The notes beneath the pieces were generated by a model, which saw only the letters and a list, made by a program, of their open reading frames with translations, was not told the origin of the DNA and ran no database searches. A program made the position numbers and the translations under genes. Positions 30,171 to 38,055 of a DNA stretch of 64,000 nucleotides are shown one piece after another. Origin of the DNA: an uncultured Alphaproteobacteria bacterium (GTDB taxonomy: Bacteria; Pseudomonadota; Alphaproteobacteria; Rhizobiales; Xanthobacteraceae). Position 1 is the stretch's first letter. Each line of letters begins with the position of its first letter. The stretch spans positions 125,478 through 189,477 of the forward strand of contig CAVWIS010000004.1 in NCBI GenBank assembly GCA_963755055.1. The letters are read 5' to 3'.

Positions 30171-30356
30171 ATGACGATCTTCGAACCAGGATTTTGGCCT
30201 CTTACTGCTTATATCGGTCTTGTCCTGCTCGTGATGATCTTCATTCGGCTCGGTACGATCAGCCGTCAGCTTGCTGCAGTTCGGGAGGCCAAAGAGCAGC
30301 AATTCAATGCCATGTTCGATCTTGTACGCGACATCCGAAGCTTCAGCGGGCCTTGA
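30171..30356 (+). CDS. Small hypothetical membrane protein (61 aa) in a low-GC island
   Basis: One predicted TM helix (FWPLTAYIGLVLLVMIFIRLG), AT-rich codon usage. No support beyond ORF shape. Confidence 0.3.
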   Translation: MTIFEPGFWPLTAYIGLVLLVMIFIRLGTISRQLAAVREAKEQQFNAMFDLVRDIRSFSGP

Positions 30357-30423
30357 CCCATGCCGCTTATCCGCACGTGAGCCTACCTCAATAGGCGGCG
30401 AAATAATCCAGACGCGGACGGAC

Positions 30424-31329
30424 TCAAGAGTTGGATTCCTTAGTGACTTCGGCCACTCGATCAAGAATTGTCTGAACGAAGAAAAGATCACGGCGATCGG
30501 CGACAATTGTAGTGTGTGCGCGGGTAATCGTGCGGAAATTGATTTCGAAAACGCCCTCCCAATCCAAAACGAGCCAGTCGTGGAGCCCTGGCGGTTTGTG
30601 CGTAAACCGCAGTGCATGTGTCGGCGAGACGGGCATCGTGATCTCGCAGCCCGGCGAGCCGAGACCGCGCGGTGATGTAATCCGACCATCTTCAGATTTA
30701 ATCGGCGGGAAATAGACGACGGCCGGATTATCGCTTGTCAGAAACGGATGGGGTAATTTGTTAATCAGCACATCACATCCGAAGAACCTAGTAAGCGACC
30801 TGATGTAAGCATTGAGCGAATGCGGGAACCATGTCCCCATTGGATCATCGGCCATGCGTTGCGCTTCGGACAGCTTGAGGGCAGGGCCGCCCCGCCCAAG
30901 CGTCGGAATGGGTGGCTTTGCCCGGTCGATGCGGATTGTTCGGGCCTTAGCAACAATTGACGACCATTGCTGCTTCATGTGGTCAATCTTGTGCGGGGGC
31001 CGCGCAAGCATCGCGGCGACGAACCCATACAGCGCAACGACCTCTTTCAATCCCCCGTAGTCGGTGGTCTCGATGAGGCCGCGAACCCGCACGAAATCGC
31101 GTTCGAATCGGCTGAAATGCTTTTCGAGGCTCAGGTCGCGCTGTTCCCCGGAAACAATTGTGTAGAGGTCAGGCATGTTGAAGATGTTTTTCGGACTCCG
31201 TTGCCTGTGTTCGCCGCCCTGTCGATTGAACAAGTGCACGAAAGGTTCGTAATGTCCGGGCCGACTAGGATCGGTCCAGGCCTGCAAATAGCTTTTGGGA
31301 ACCCAATGTTGGTCCTTGTTCGCGACCAT
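30424..31329 (-). CDS. DUF4238 domain-containing protein
   Basis: N-terminal MVANKDQHWVPKSYLQAWT is the DUF4238 hallmark (HxVPxxYLxxW). The gene sits in a distinctly lower-GC segment (about 29.67-31.45 kb). Confidence 0.7.
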   Translation of the reverse strand: MVANKDQHWVPKSYLQAWTDPSRPGHYEPFVHLFNRQGGEHRQRSPKNIFNMPDLYTIVSGEQRDLSLEKHFSRFERDFVRVRGLIETTDYGGLKEVVALYGFVAAMLARPPHKIDHMKQQWSSIVAKARTIRIDRAKPPIPTLGRGGPALKLSEAQRMADDPMGTWFPHSLNAYIRSLTRFFGCDVLINKLPHPFLTSDNPAVVYFPPIKSEDGRITSPRGLGSPGCEITMPVSPTHALRFTHKPPGLHDWLVLDWEGVFEINFRTITRAHTTIVADRRDLFFVQTILDRVAEVTKESNS

Positions 31330-31484
31330 GACTCTAGCCCGGCGTCAGTAGAAGTGCAGGTTTATACAATGAGCGGCGAGCCGCACAAGGGCGTGACTCC
31401 CCGGTCAACGGCGGATGTCGGGATCGAGGCGATCGCCTCGGGCAGGTGCCCACCAGCGCATGTTCCGGTGACACCGTTTCCGAT

Positions 31485-31512
31485 AAGAACATGCGTTAGC
31501 AACGATTCTACC
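31485..31512 (+). promoter_or_regulatory. Conserved upstream motif AAGAACATGCG-N6-CAACGATTCTACC (copy 2), inside the IR GCGCATGTTC-N20-GAACATGCG
   Basis: Sits 89 bp upstream of the TPR ATG at 31601. Confidence 0.4.
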
Positions 31513-31600
31513 TGTTTCGGTTGGCCGGCGGGGAGTTGTATTCTCTCCCGGTGCAGTCGGGTTGGACGACCGCCCCCGCCGATTCCGAAAGACCAGCACG

Positions 31601-32401
31601 ATGCTCCCAGGACGACTTTGGCGAACGCTTCCGCTCGCAGCGCTCCTGGCGGCCCTGCTGGCCGCGTGTCTGGCGACGTCGCTGCCGGCGCAGCAGACCG
31701 ACGACGACGAGATCGAGACGCTGCGCCGGCAGGCCTCCGAGCTCTCCAGGGAACGAAGGTTCGCCGAGGCGGTGCCGATCTCGGAGCGTGCGCTCATGCT
31801 GGTGGAACGGCAGTTCGACCCCACGCATCTTCGCATTGCCGAGGCGCTCGGCGATCTCGCCTACCTCCATCTCGCCCAGAAGCACTATGCCGAGGCCGAA
31901 CCGCTCTACCGGCGGCTGCTGTCGATCCGCGAGAGGGGCGCCGAGGACGGCCGCCTTTGGCTCGTCCTCAACAGCCTCGAGCAGATCTATGACGCCCAGG
32001 GACGCGGCGCCGATGCCGGGGCGTTCGCGGCCCGCGCCCGGGCGATCGAGCAAAGAGTTTCGGCTCCCTTCGAGGTCGACATCGTGCCGGGGGAGATCAT
32101 CACGACCGATCTCAAGCGGATGGGGCTCGCCGACTGCGGCAAGGTCTGGTTCAAGGTCGACGATCCCCGGATGCTGCTGATGAGCTTCGGGGACATCGAG
32201 CAGGCCCGCAGCCGCGGCAGGCTGATTATCGCCAGCGCCTTGCGCCGGGTGCTGGGCAACATGACGTCGGCCGACGTGCGCCAGCAGGCCGAGGCGATTG
32301 CCACGGAGGTCAAACGCACGATCAACCGGGACGTCAGCTACACCGGATATTCGGTCCGGGACATCGCCGTGAATTTCGGCGCGTGCGTGACGTGGAAGTG
32401 A
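31601..32401 (+). CDS. Secreted tetratricopeptide-repeat (TPR) protein
   Basis: Signal peptide MLPGRLWRTLPLAALLAALLAACLA, then TPR-like helical repeats (RFAEAVPISERALMLVERQ..., HYAEAEPLYRRLLSIRE...). Start set by alignment with the truncated paralog. Confidence 0.65.
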   Translation: MLPGRLWRTLPLAALLAALLAACLATSLPAQQTDDDEIETLRRQASELSRERRFAEAVPISERALMLVERQFDPTHLRIAEALGDLAYLHLAQKHYAEAEPLYRRLLSIRERGAEDGRLWLVLNSLEQIYDAQGRGADAGAFAARARAIEQRVSAPFEVDIVPGEIITTDLKRMGLADCGKVWFKVDDPRMLLMSFGDIEQARSRGRLIIASALRRVLGNMTSADVRQQAEAIATEVKRTINRDVSYTGYSVRDIAVNFGACVTWK

Positions 32402-32491
32402 TGCTCGGAGAAGGTCGCGGCGGCGGGAGAGTCTTCCGGCTGCGAAGCGTGCCTCCCGTCATCGTACCTTACCCTTAAGCATCGCACATTC

Positions 32492-33352
32492 TTGTTGTGC
32501 GCGATCTCTTGTTCTCGTATCAACGGAGTGCACGCGCGCTTGACAAGTTCGTCATGTGATCAGGCCTTGAGGAGCCGGACTCAAGTGGCGGTCGATAAGG
32601 CTACTTCTGCGGAATTGGCGATTAACGACGTTCTGGAGCTCGTTACTGCTACGGTGCGTTGGTCTCGCGCGAGCCAAACGAGCAAGATATTTTTGAGCGG
32701 CACATTATGGTACGGCATGATGTGTCGTTCTTTTTTGCTGCTGGAACGAATTCTTCGATCTGCGATCGCTGAGTTATCGCAATTAGGCCCGGTGGCAGCG
32801 ACGGAGATCGCAAAGGAACGCGCGGGAGGAAAGCCAATTGCCCAGATGACCTTTGGCCAGTGTGTAGCGTTCGCAGAAGTGCTTGTCCCGCTCGTGTCGG
32901 TCCGTCTGAATAACTCTGAATTTGGCACCGACCGGTCGCTTCTTTCACATGCCGACGTGCAGTTATGGAAACGCGCCGTCTTCCTGCGCAACCGGATGGC
33001 GCATCATGGCCCTGGCTTTCTTGACTCCGTCGACTTGAGTGCCCAAAGGATTTGGCGCAGCCCCGTGGAGGAGAGAGAGCCTCTTGAAGTGCAGGCAGAG
33101 GAGATTTGGCGCCTTTGCAGACAACTTTGCTCGTCGTCGCTCATTATCAGTTATTTGGCAATCAAAGGGATACCAGCAAGCTTGACACGCGCTCAGATAG
33201 CAAAGGCCGAACAGGCCGTTATGGAATTGCAACTAGATACGCGGCAGGAATTGAGAACGATCGGACACGCCGCGTCTATTGCCGTCAATGAATTTCACGC
33301 GCCTAGCCCGGAAAATGGACCTTCGCAAGGCAGTGTGAAGCGATCCACGTAG
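32492..33352 (+). CDS. Hypothetical protein in a second low-GC patch
   Basis: Lower GC than the flanks and no recognisable motifs. Start uncertain. Confidence 0.35.
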   Translation: MLCAISCSRINGVHARLTSSSCDQALRSRTQVAVDKATSAELAINDVLELVTATVRWSRASQTSKIFLSGTLWYGMMCRSFLLLERILRSAIAELSQLGPVAATEIAKERAGGKPIAQMTFGQCVAFAEVLVPLVSVRLNNSEFGTDRSLLSHADVQLWKRAVFLRNRMAHHGPGFLDSVDLSAQRIWRSPVEEREPLEVQAEEIWRLCRQLCSSSLIISYLAIKGIPASLTRAQIAKAEQAVMELQLDTRQELRTIGHAASIAVNEFHAPSPENGPSQGSVKRST

Positions 33353-33628
33353 CACTGATCGCGCGTGAACTGGCGTGAATAGAATGCTTCGACCGTGAAT
33401 GCGTTCGTCGCGATGTTGGAAATGAGGAATCCGCATTCGGAACGAAGCCGACCCCCCAGACAGGATTCGAAATCGCGACCGCAATATTTCAACTCGCCAC
33501 CCGCACTCCTGCGGGTTTGCTAAGCGGGCTGAAAGGCTCGGGTTTGGCAGCGCCTTGAGCCCGCCCGGCGCCTTGAGCCCGCCCGGCGCCTTGAGCCGCA
33601 ACCGAGCATGCCGATGCGATCCATCGCA

Positions 33629-34223
33629 TCAGCGGCAGGAGTAGCGGGTAGCAGAAAACGTGTCGGACACCGCCGACACCTTGGTGTCCCGGTACCCGGC
33701 CTCGCGCATGATCCGGCGGACAGCCGCCTCAGCGAATGGAGAGCCCGAACCTTTTCCGTGAACAACCCAGATTGGAGCTCCGGAAGGCAAGGTCTCGTGG
33801 AGGCGCAGCGCATGCTCAAGCGCTGCCGCGTCCGCGACGACCGCGACGCTGAGCTTGGCCTCCTCGCCGCGAGCGGCCACGCAGCCGGCAAGGGCCTCGC
33901 GGAGCGCCGGATCTTCCGCCGCGCCGATCACCAGGGCTTTTGCTGATGGCCCGACGCCGAGCTTTTGGGCGAGCGTGCGCGGCGGTGCGACAAGCTTCTT
34001 GGCCCAGCGCCCGGCGCGCGCAGCGCCCAGTCCCAGCGCAACCTCCTCGTCGCCGACCCTGAAGCGAAGATCCTCGCCCTCCACCCTCACCTGCGTGATC
34101 GCGGCGACAGGAATGGTGCGCCTCAGGTCGCCGCGCAGGATCAGCTCGCGGGCCTCCAGGAGCGCCCGGACGTCGCCCGAGCCGGCGGTCCACCGACATG
34201 GGCATCGCGCCTCGAGTCCCATC
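33629..34223 (-). CDS. DUF3052-like hypothetical protein
   Basis: MGLEARCPCRWTAGSGDVRALLEARELILRGDLRRTIPVAAI... The DUF assignment is tentative. Confidence 0.4.
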
Positions 34224-34878
34224 CGATCGTCCTCCCAGGTCGGCGTCCGGCTCGCGCCGGCGTCATGAGCCAACCGAAACTAAACGAGCGGGTGCAAGTA
34301 CGCCACGGTCTCGGCCTCGATCGCAGCTTGCGGCAGGTACCGCCACCTGAGCAAACAGCCGAACGAAGGCCGCCCTGATCTATCGTCGAGCCGGTAACCT
34401 GCACACCAACCCACTGCTCCTCGGCTTCGCGCAGCGAGACACAGCTCAGCATGGCCATTTTCAGCACGCAGCTCTTCGGCCATATGCGCGATCGTGATGG
34501 TATCGAAGTATGCCGCAGCATTTTGCGGCTTTGCCATTGGCCTTGCCGTCGCTTGACAGGTCGCTCGGGCCGGCCGTACCGTCGCGCATCTTCACGGTAT
34601 TGGGAGTCCGGTCGTGGCCATCCTGACGTTGAAGGTTATTGCCAGCCTGCTGCAAATGCATGGGCCGGGCGCGACGATCCAGAGCGACCATCAGGGAATC
34701 GACGCGCTGCTCGGCGACATCCGTGGACAGATTTCGGACGAAGGGGTCGCTCAGTGCACGCCCGACGCGACCCAGGTCGTGTTCCGCAAAGGATTCGTCA
34801 GAGGCGGGAGTGGATCATTTCGCCGGGGAGCATTCCGCAGGATCTAGCGCATCTTTCGGCGAAGTGGATGCCGGTTCG

Positions 34879-34904
34879 CCGACGAGAACATGCGCCGCTC
34901 AACG
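34879..34904 (+). promoter_or_regulatory. Conserved upstream motif GAGAACATGCG-N6-CAACGATTCC (copy 3)
   Basis: Sits 85 bp upstream of the radical-SAM ATG at 34989. A partial upstream IR arm GCGCATC is present at 34847. Confidence 0.4.
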
Positions 34905-34988
34905 ATTCCAGAGCACGTCCCGGTCGAACCTGATTGGGACGTGCTCTAGCTTTCCTGCTCCTTCCGCCGCCTTGCCCGGACGTGCTGC

Positions 34989-36176
34989 ATGTCGATTGAC
35001 GACCCGGAGCGTCCTGTTTTCCCAAGTCAGCCGATCTCGCAGCTCCTCATCAAGGTAGCTTCGCGCTGCAATATCGACTGCTCCTATTGCTACTGGTTCC
35101 GCGACGCCGCGGTTTACGACAAGCCCAAGCTGATGAGCGGCGAAGTGCTGCAGCAACTGCTGCGGCGCATCGAGGAGCACATCGTCAAGTACTCGATTGC
35201 TGAATTTCCCCTGATCCTGCACGGCGGCGAGCCGCTGCTGTGGGGGGTCGATAATTTTTGCCGGATTGCCGAGGCCTGCGAGGCCATGGCGGCGCGGACC
35301 AGCTGCGAGATCCCCATTGCGGTGACCACCAACGGCATCCTGATCGACGAGACCTGGCTGGACTGCTTCGAGACCCACGGCATCACGGTCGCCATCAGTC
35401 TCGATGGGCCGGCGCATATTCACGACATTCATCGCCGCACCTTCCAGGGCACAGGCACGCACGCCGCCGTCGAGCGCGCCGCCCGCATGCTGGCATCGCG
35501 CGACATCAATGTGAGCGCACTGGCGGTCTGCAATCCGGCGCATCCGCCGAAGGAATACGTCGATTTCTTCGCCGGGTGTGGAATTCCGAGCTACGACATC
35601 ATGATTCCGGACGCGACAGTGGGCGAGAACCCGCCGCCTATCGCCGCGTTCTACAAGGGCCTGTTCGACCTGTGGCTGGAGGCGAACCGCCGCGAGCGGA
35701 CCGTCGACATCCGCATCGTCACCGACATGGTCGGCGCGCTGCTCGGCAACGACGCGCCGACCGAGGGCGTCGGCTACAAGCCGATCGAGCTCTGCACCGT
35801 GATGACCGACGGCTCGCTGGAAGCCCATGATGTCCTGCGCATCGCCGGCGACGGCGTGACGCAGACGACCTTCAACATTTTCGACCATGCGATCGACGAC
35901 GTGAGGAACGAGCCGCGCTGGAAAGCGGCACGGGAGGCTTCGATCGATCTGTGCGAAAAGTGCCGGCAGTGCAAATTCATGAATGCCTGCGGCGGCGGCT
36001 ATCTTCCTCACCGCTTCTCCAAGGAGAACGGCTACGACAATCCCTCGGTCTATTGCGACGACCTTTACGCGACGTTCGAGCACATCCAGTCGGTGCTCGA
36101 GAGCCATGTCTATGTCGCCAGGCCGGACGGAGAGCGGCTCAAGGTGAGCGACGAGCTCGCGCGCACCGCCGGTTGA
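34989..36176 (+). CDS. Radical SAM / SPASM-domain protein (anSME-like peptide-modifying maturase)
   Basis: CxxxCxxC motif CNIDCSYCYWF at residues 27-34. Cys-rich C-terminal SPASM/twitch region (...ELCTVM..., DLCEKCRQCKFMNACGGGY..., VYCDD). Confidence 0.8.
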   Translation: MSIDDPERPVFPSQPISQLLIKVASRCNIDCSYCYWFRDAAVYDKPKLMSGEVLQQLLRRIEEHIVKYSIAEFPLILHGGEPLLWGVDNFCRIAEACEAMAARTSCEIPIAVTTNGILIDETWLDCFETHGITVAISLDGPAHIHDIHRRTFQGTGTHAAVERAARMLASRDINVSALAVCNPAHPPKEYVDFFAGCGIPSYDIMIPDATVGENPPPIAAFYKGLFDLWLEANRRERTVDIRIVTDMVGALLGNDAPTEGVGYKPIELCTVMTDGSLEAHDVLRIAGDGVTQTTFNIFDHAIDDVRNEPRWKAAREASIDLCEKCRQCKFMNACGGGYLPHRFSKENGYDNPSVYCDDLYATFEHIQSVLESHVYVARPDGERLKVSDELARTAG

Positions 36177-36276
36177 CGGCGAAGGCCGGGCGTCGAGCCG
36201 GCCCTGCCGGCGGCAAGATCTGGCCAGCAGCTCCCGCGTCGGGGTAAGGTGTCAGCCGACCAGGGAGGAATGACAC

Positions 36277-37410
36277 ATGAAAGCGCCGATCGTTGCGGTC
36301 CTCATGTCGCTTGCCGCCAGCGCGCCGGCTCTCGCCGGTACGTTCGTCTACGTCTCCAACGCCGAGGACGGCGATATCGGGATGTACACGCTGCAGGCGG
36401 ACGGCTCGCTTGAGCCGGGACCCCGCTTCAAGGCGGCAAAGCTCGTGATGCCGATGGCGGTGAGCCCGGACAAGCGTTTTCTCATCGCCGCCGTGCGCTC
36501 CAAGCCGTTCCAGGCGTACACCTACGGCATCGACAAGAGCTCGGGCGCGCTCGGCCTGGTCGGCACCGGCCCGCTCGCGGAAAGCTACCCGTATATCGCG
36601 CTCGATCGCAGCGGCCGCTTTCTCCTCGGCGCGTCCTATGGCGCCAACCAGGTGGGGGTGAATCCGGTCGGGGCGGACGGCCGGGTCGGCGAGCCGATCC
36701 AAGTCGTTCCGACGGCGCGCAATGCGCATTCCATCCGCACCGACAACACCAATCGCTTCGTGTTCGTGCCGCACCTCGGCACCGACCAGGTGTTCCAGTT
36801 CCTGCTCGACGAGAAGAGCGGACGACTTTCCGCGAACACCCCGCCGGTCCTCCAGCTCAAGCAGGGCACCGGGCCGCGTCACCTCATCGTCTCGCCCGAC
36901 AACCGGTTCGTCTATCTGCTCAATGAGCTGACCGGCATGGTCACCACGCTGGCGCTCGACCCGGCCGCCGGAACGCTCAAGGAGATCGACTCGGTCTCGG
37001 CGCTGCCGCCGGACACCAAGCTCGGCCCGGGGGTGCCGCGCGGCGCCGTCGGGACGCCCGGCGCCAACCAGGCCCCGCGCAACACCGACAACGACATCTG
37101 GGCCTCGGATCTTCACCTCACGCCGAACGGCCGCTTACTCTACGCGGCGGAGCGCACCTCGAGCACGCTCGGCGCCTTCCGGGTCGATACGGGAAGCGGA
37201 AAGCTCACCTATCTCGGAAGCACGCCGACCGAGAAGCAGCCGCGCGGTTTCGCGATCGACCCGACCGGGCGCTTCGTCGTCGTGAGCGGCGAGCAGTCGG
37301 ACCGGATCGCTTCCTACGCGATCGACGCCGAGACCGGCGCGCTGAAGCCGGTCGGACGCTACCCGACCGGCAAGGGCTCGAACTGGGTGGAGATCGTCGC
37401 CTTCGAGTAG
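36277..37410 (+). CDS. Secreted 7-bladed beta-propeller protein, lactonase family (6-phosphogluconolactonase / 3-carboxymuconate cyclase-like)
   Basis: Signal peptide MKAPIVAVLMSLAASAPALA, then repeated blade motifs (YVSNAEDGDIGMY, FVFVPHLGTDQVFQF, FVYLLNELTGMVTT, LLYAAERTSSTLGAF, FVVVSGEQSDRIASY). Confidence 0.7.
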   Translation: MKAPIVAVLMSLAASAPALAGTFVYVSNAEDGDIGMYTLQADGSLEPGPRFKAAKLVMPMAVSPDKRFLIAAVRSKPFQAYTYGIDKSSGALGLVGTGPLAESYPYIALDRSGRFLLGASYGANQVGVNPVGADGRVGEPIQVVPTARNAHSIRTDNTNRFVFVPHLGTDQVFQFLLDEKSGRLSANTPPVLQLKQGTGPRHLIVSPDNRFVYLLNELTGMVTTLALDPAAGTLKEIDSVSALPPDTKLGPGVPRGAVGTPGANQAPRNTDNDIWASDLHLTPNGRLLYAAERTSSTLGAFRVDTGSGKLTYLGSTPTEKQPRGFAIDPTGRFVVVSGEQSDRIASYAIDAETGALKPVGRYPTGKGSNWVEIVAFE

Positions 37411-37422
37411 CGTCGTACAGGG

Positions 37423-37567
37423 TGGGCAAAATCCGTCGCAAGCGCAGACGCGGGCGCAGGCCGTGCGCGGATTTTGCCCACGCGGTCACACCGGCGTGGT
37501 ACCGCGTGGGCAAATCGCCGGCACCCCATCAGCAAATATCACCCGTCGTGCCCGGCGATTTGCCCAC
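37423..37567. repeat. Two hairpin elements after the beta-propeller gene and upstream of peptide gene 2
   Basis: Hairpin A: GGGCAAAATCCG-N30-CGGATTTTGCCC (37424-37480). Hairpin B: GTGGGCAAATCGCCGGCAC-N23-GTGCCCGGCGATTTGCCCAC (37506-37567). B is near-identical to the element at 37983-38044. Confidence 0.75.
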
Positions 37568-37758
37568 CCTACTCGCGGCGCGCGCCCACTTCCGTTCCTG
37601 ACCAACGTCGGGTAAGGTAGGAAACGCCTGACCGCCCGTCGGCATGCACGGCCGCCGGCGATGCGAACCCGATTGGCTGTCGACCAAGTGCAGCCGATTC
37701 CCGCCGGCCCGAGTAGGCAGGAATCCCTGGAGAGGAGAGCAGACGGCCATGACCACGC

Positions 37759-37931
37759 GAACCGACGCGACGAACGACAGCGAGCCGCGCCCGCTCGACG
37801 AGACAGAGCTCAGGGCCGTAAGCGGCGGCGACAAAGCTTCGGATCAGCAGAGCATGATGCAGATCATGTCGAACATCATTCGCTCGATCCAGGATGCGCA
37901 AAAGAGCATCGTCAACAATATCCGCGGATAA
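37759..37931 (+). CDS. Small protein with double-glycine leader (57 aa): MTTRTDATNDSEPRPLDETELRAVSGG | DKASDQQSMMQIMSNIIRSIQDAQKSIVNNIRG
   Basis: RBS GGAGAGGAG about 8 nt upstream of the ATG. LDETELRAVSGG matches the class-II microcin/bacteriocin GG-leader consensus. The core is a Cys-free amphipathic helix. Confidence 0.6.
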
Positions 37932-37982
37932 TGCGGCGACCGGCGGCGGGAGCCACACCGGCGCCGGACCGCGTGGGCAAAT

Positions 37983-38044
37983 CGCCGGCACGGTAGCACC
38001 AAATATCACTCGCCGTGCCCGGCGATTTGCCCACCCTACGATCG
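37983..38044. repeat. Third copy of the palindromic element, 50 bp after the peptide-2 stop (terminator-like)
   Basis: GTGGGCAAATCGCCGGCAC-N23-GTGCCCGGCGATTTGCCCACCCTAC; the loop shares CAAATATCAC with copy B. Confidence 0.75.
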
Positions 38045-38055
38045 CCGAATACCGG

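Noticed and set aside
34989-37931. Quinohemoprotein amine dehydrogenase (QHNDH) maturation cluster (rSAM + beta-propeller resemble QhpD + beta-subunit)
   Set aside because: No diheme cytochrome c (CxxCH) gene, no Cys-rich gamma-subunit precursor and no subtilisin-like QhpE. The adjacent small protein has no Cys.
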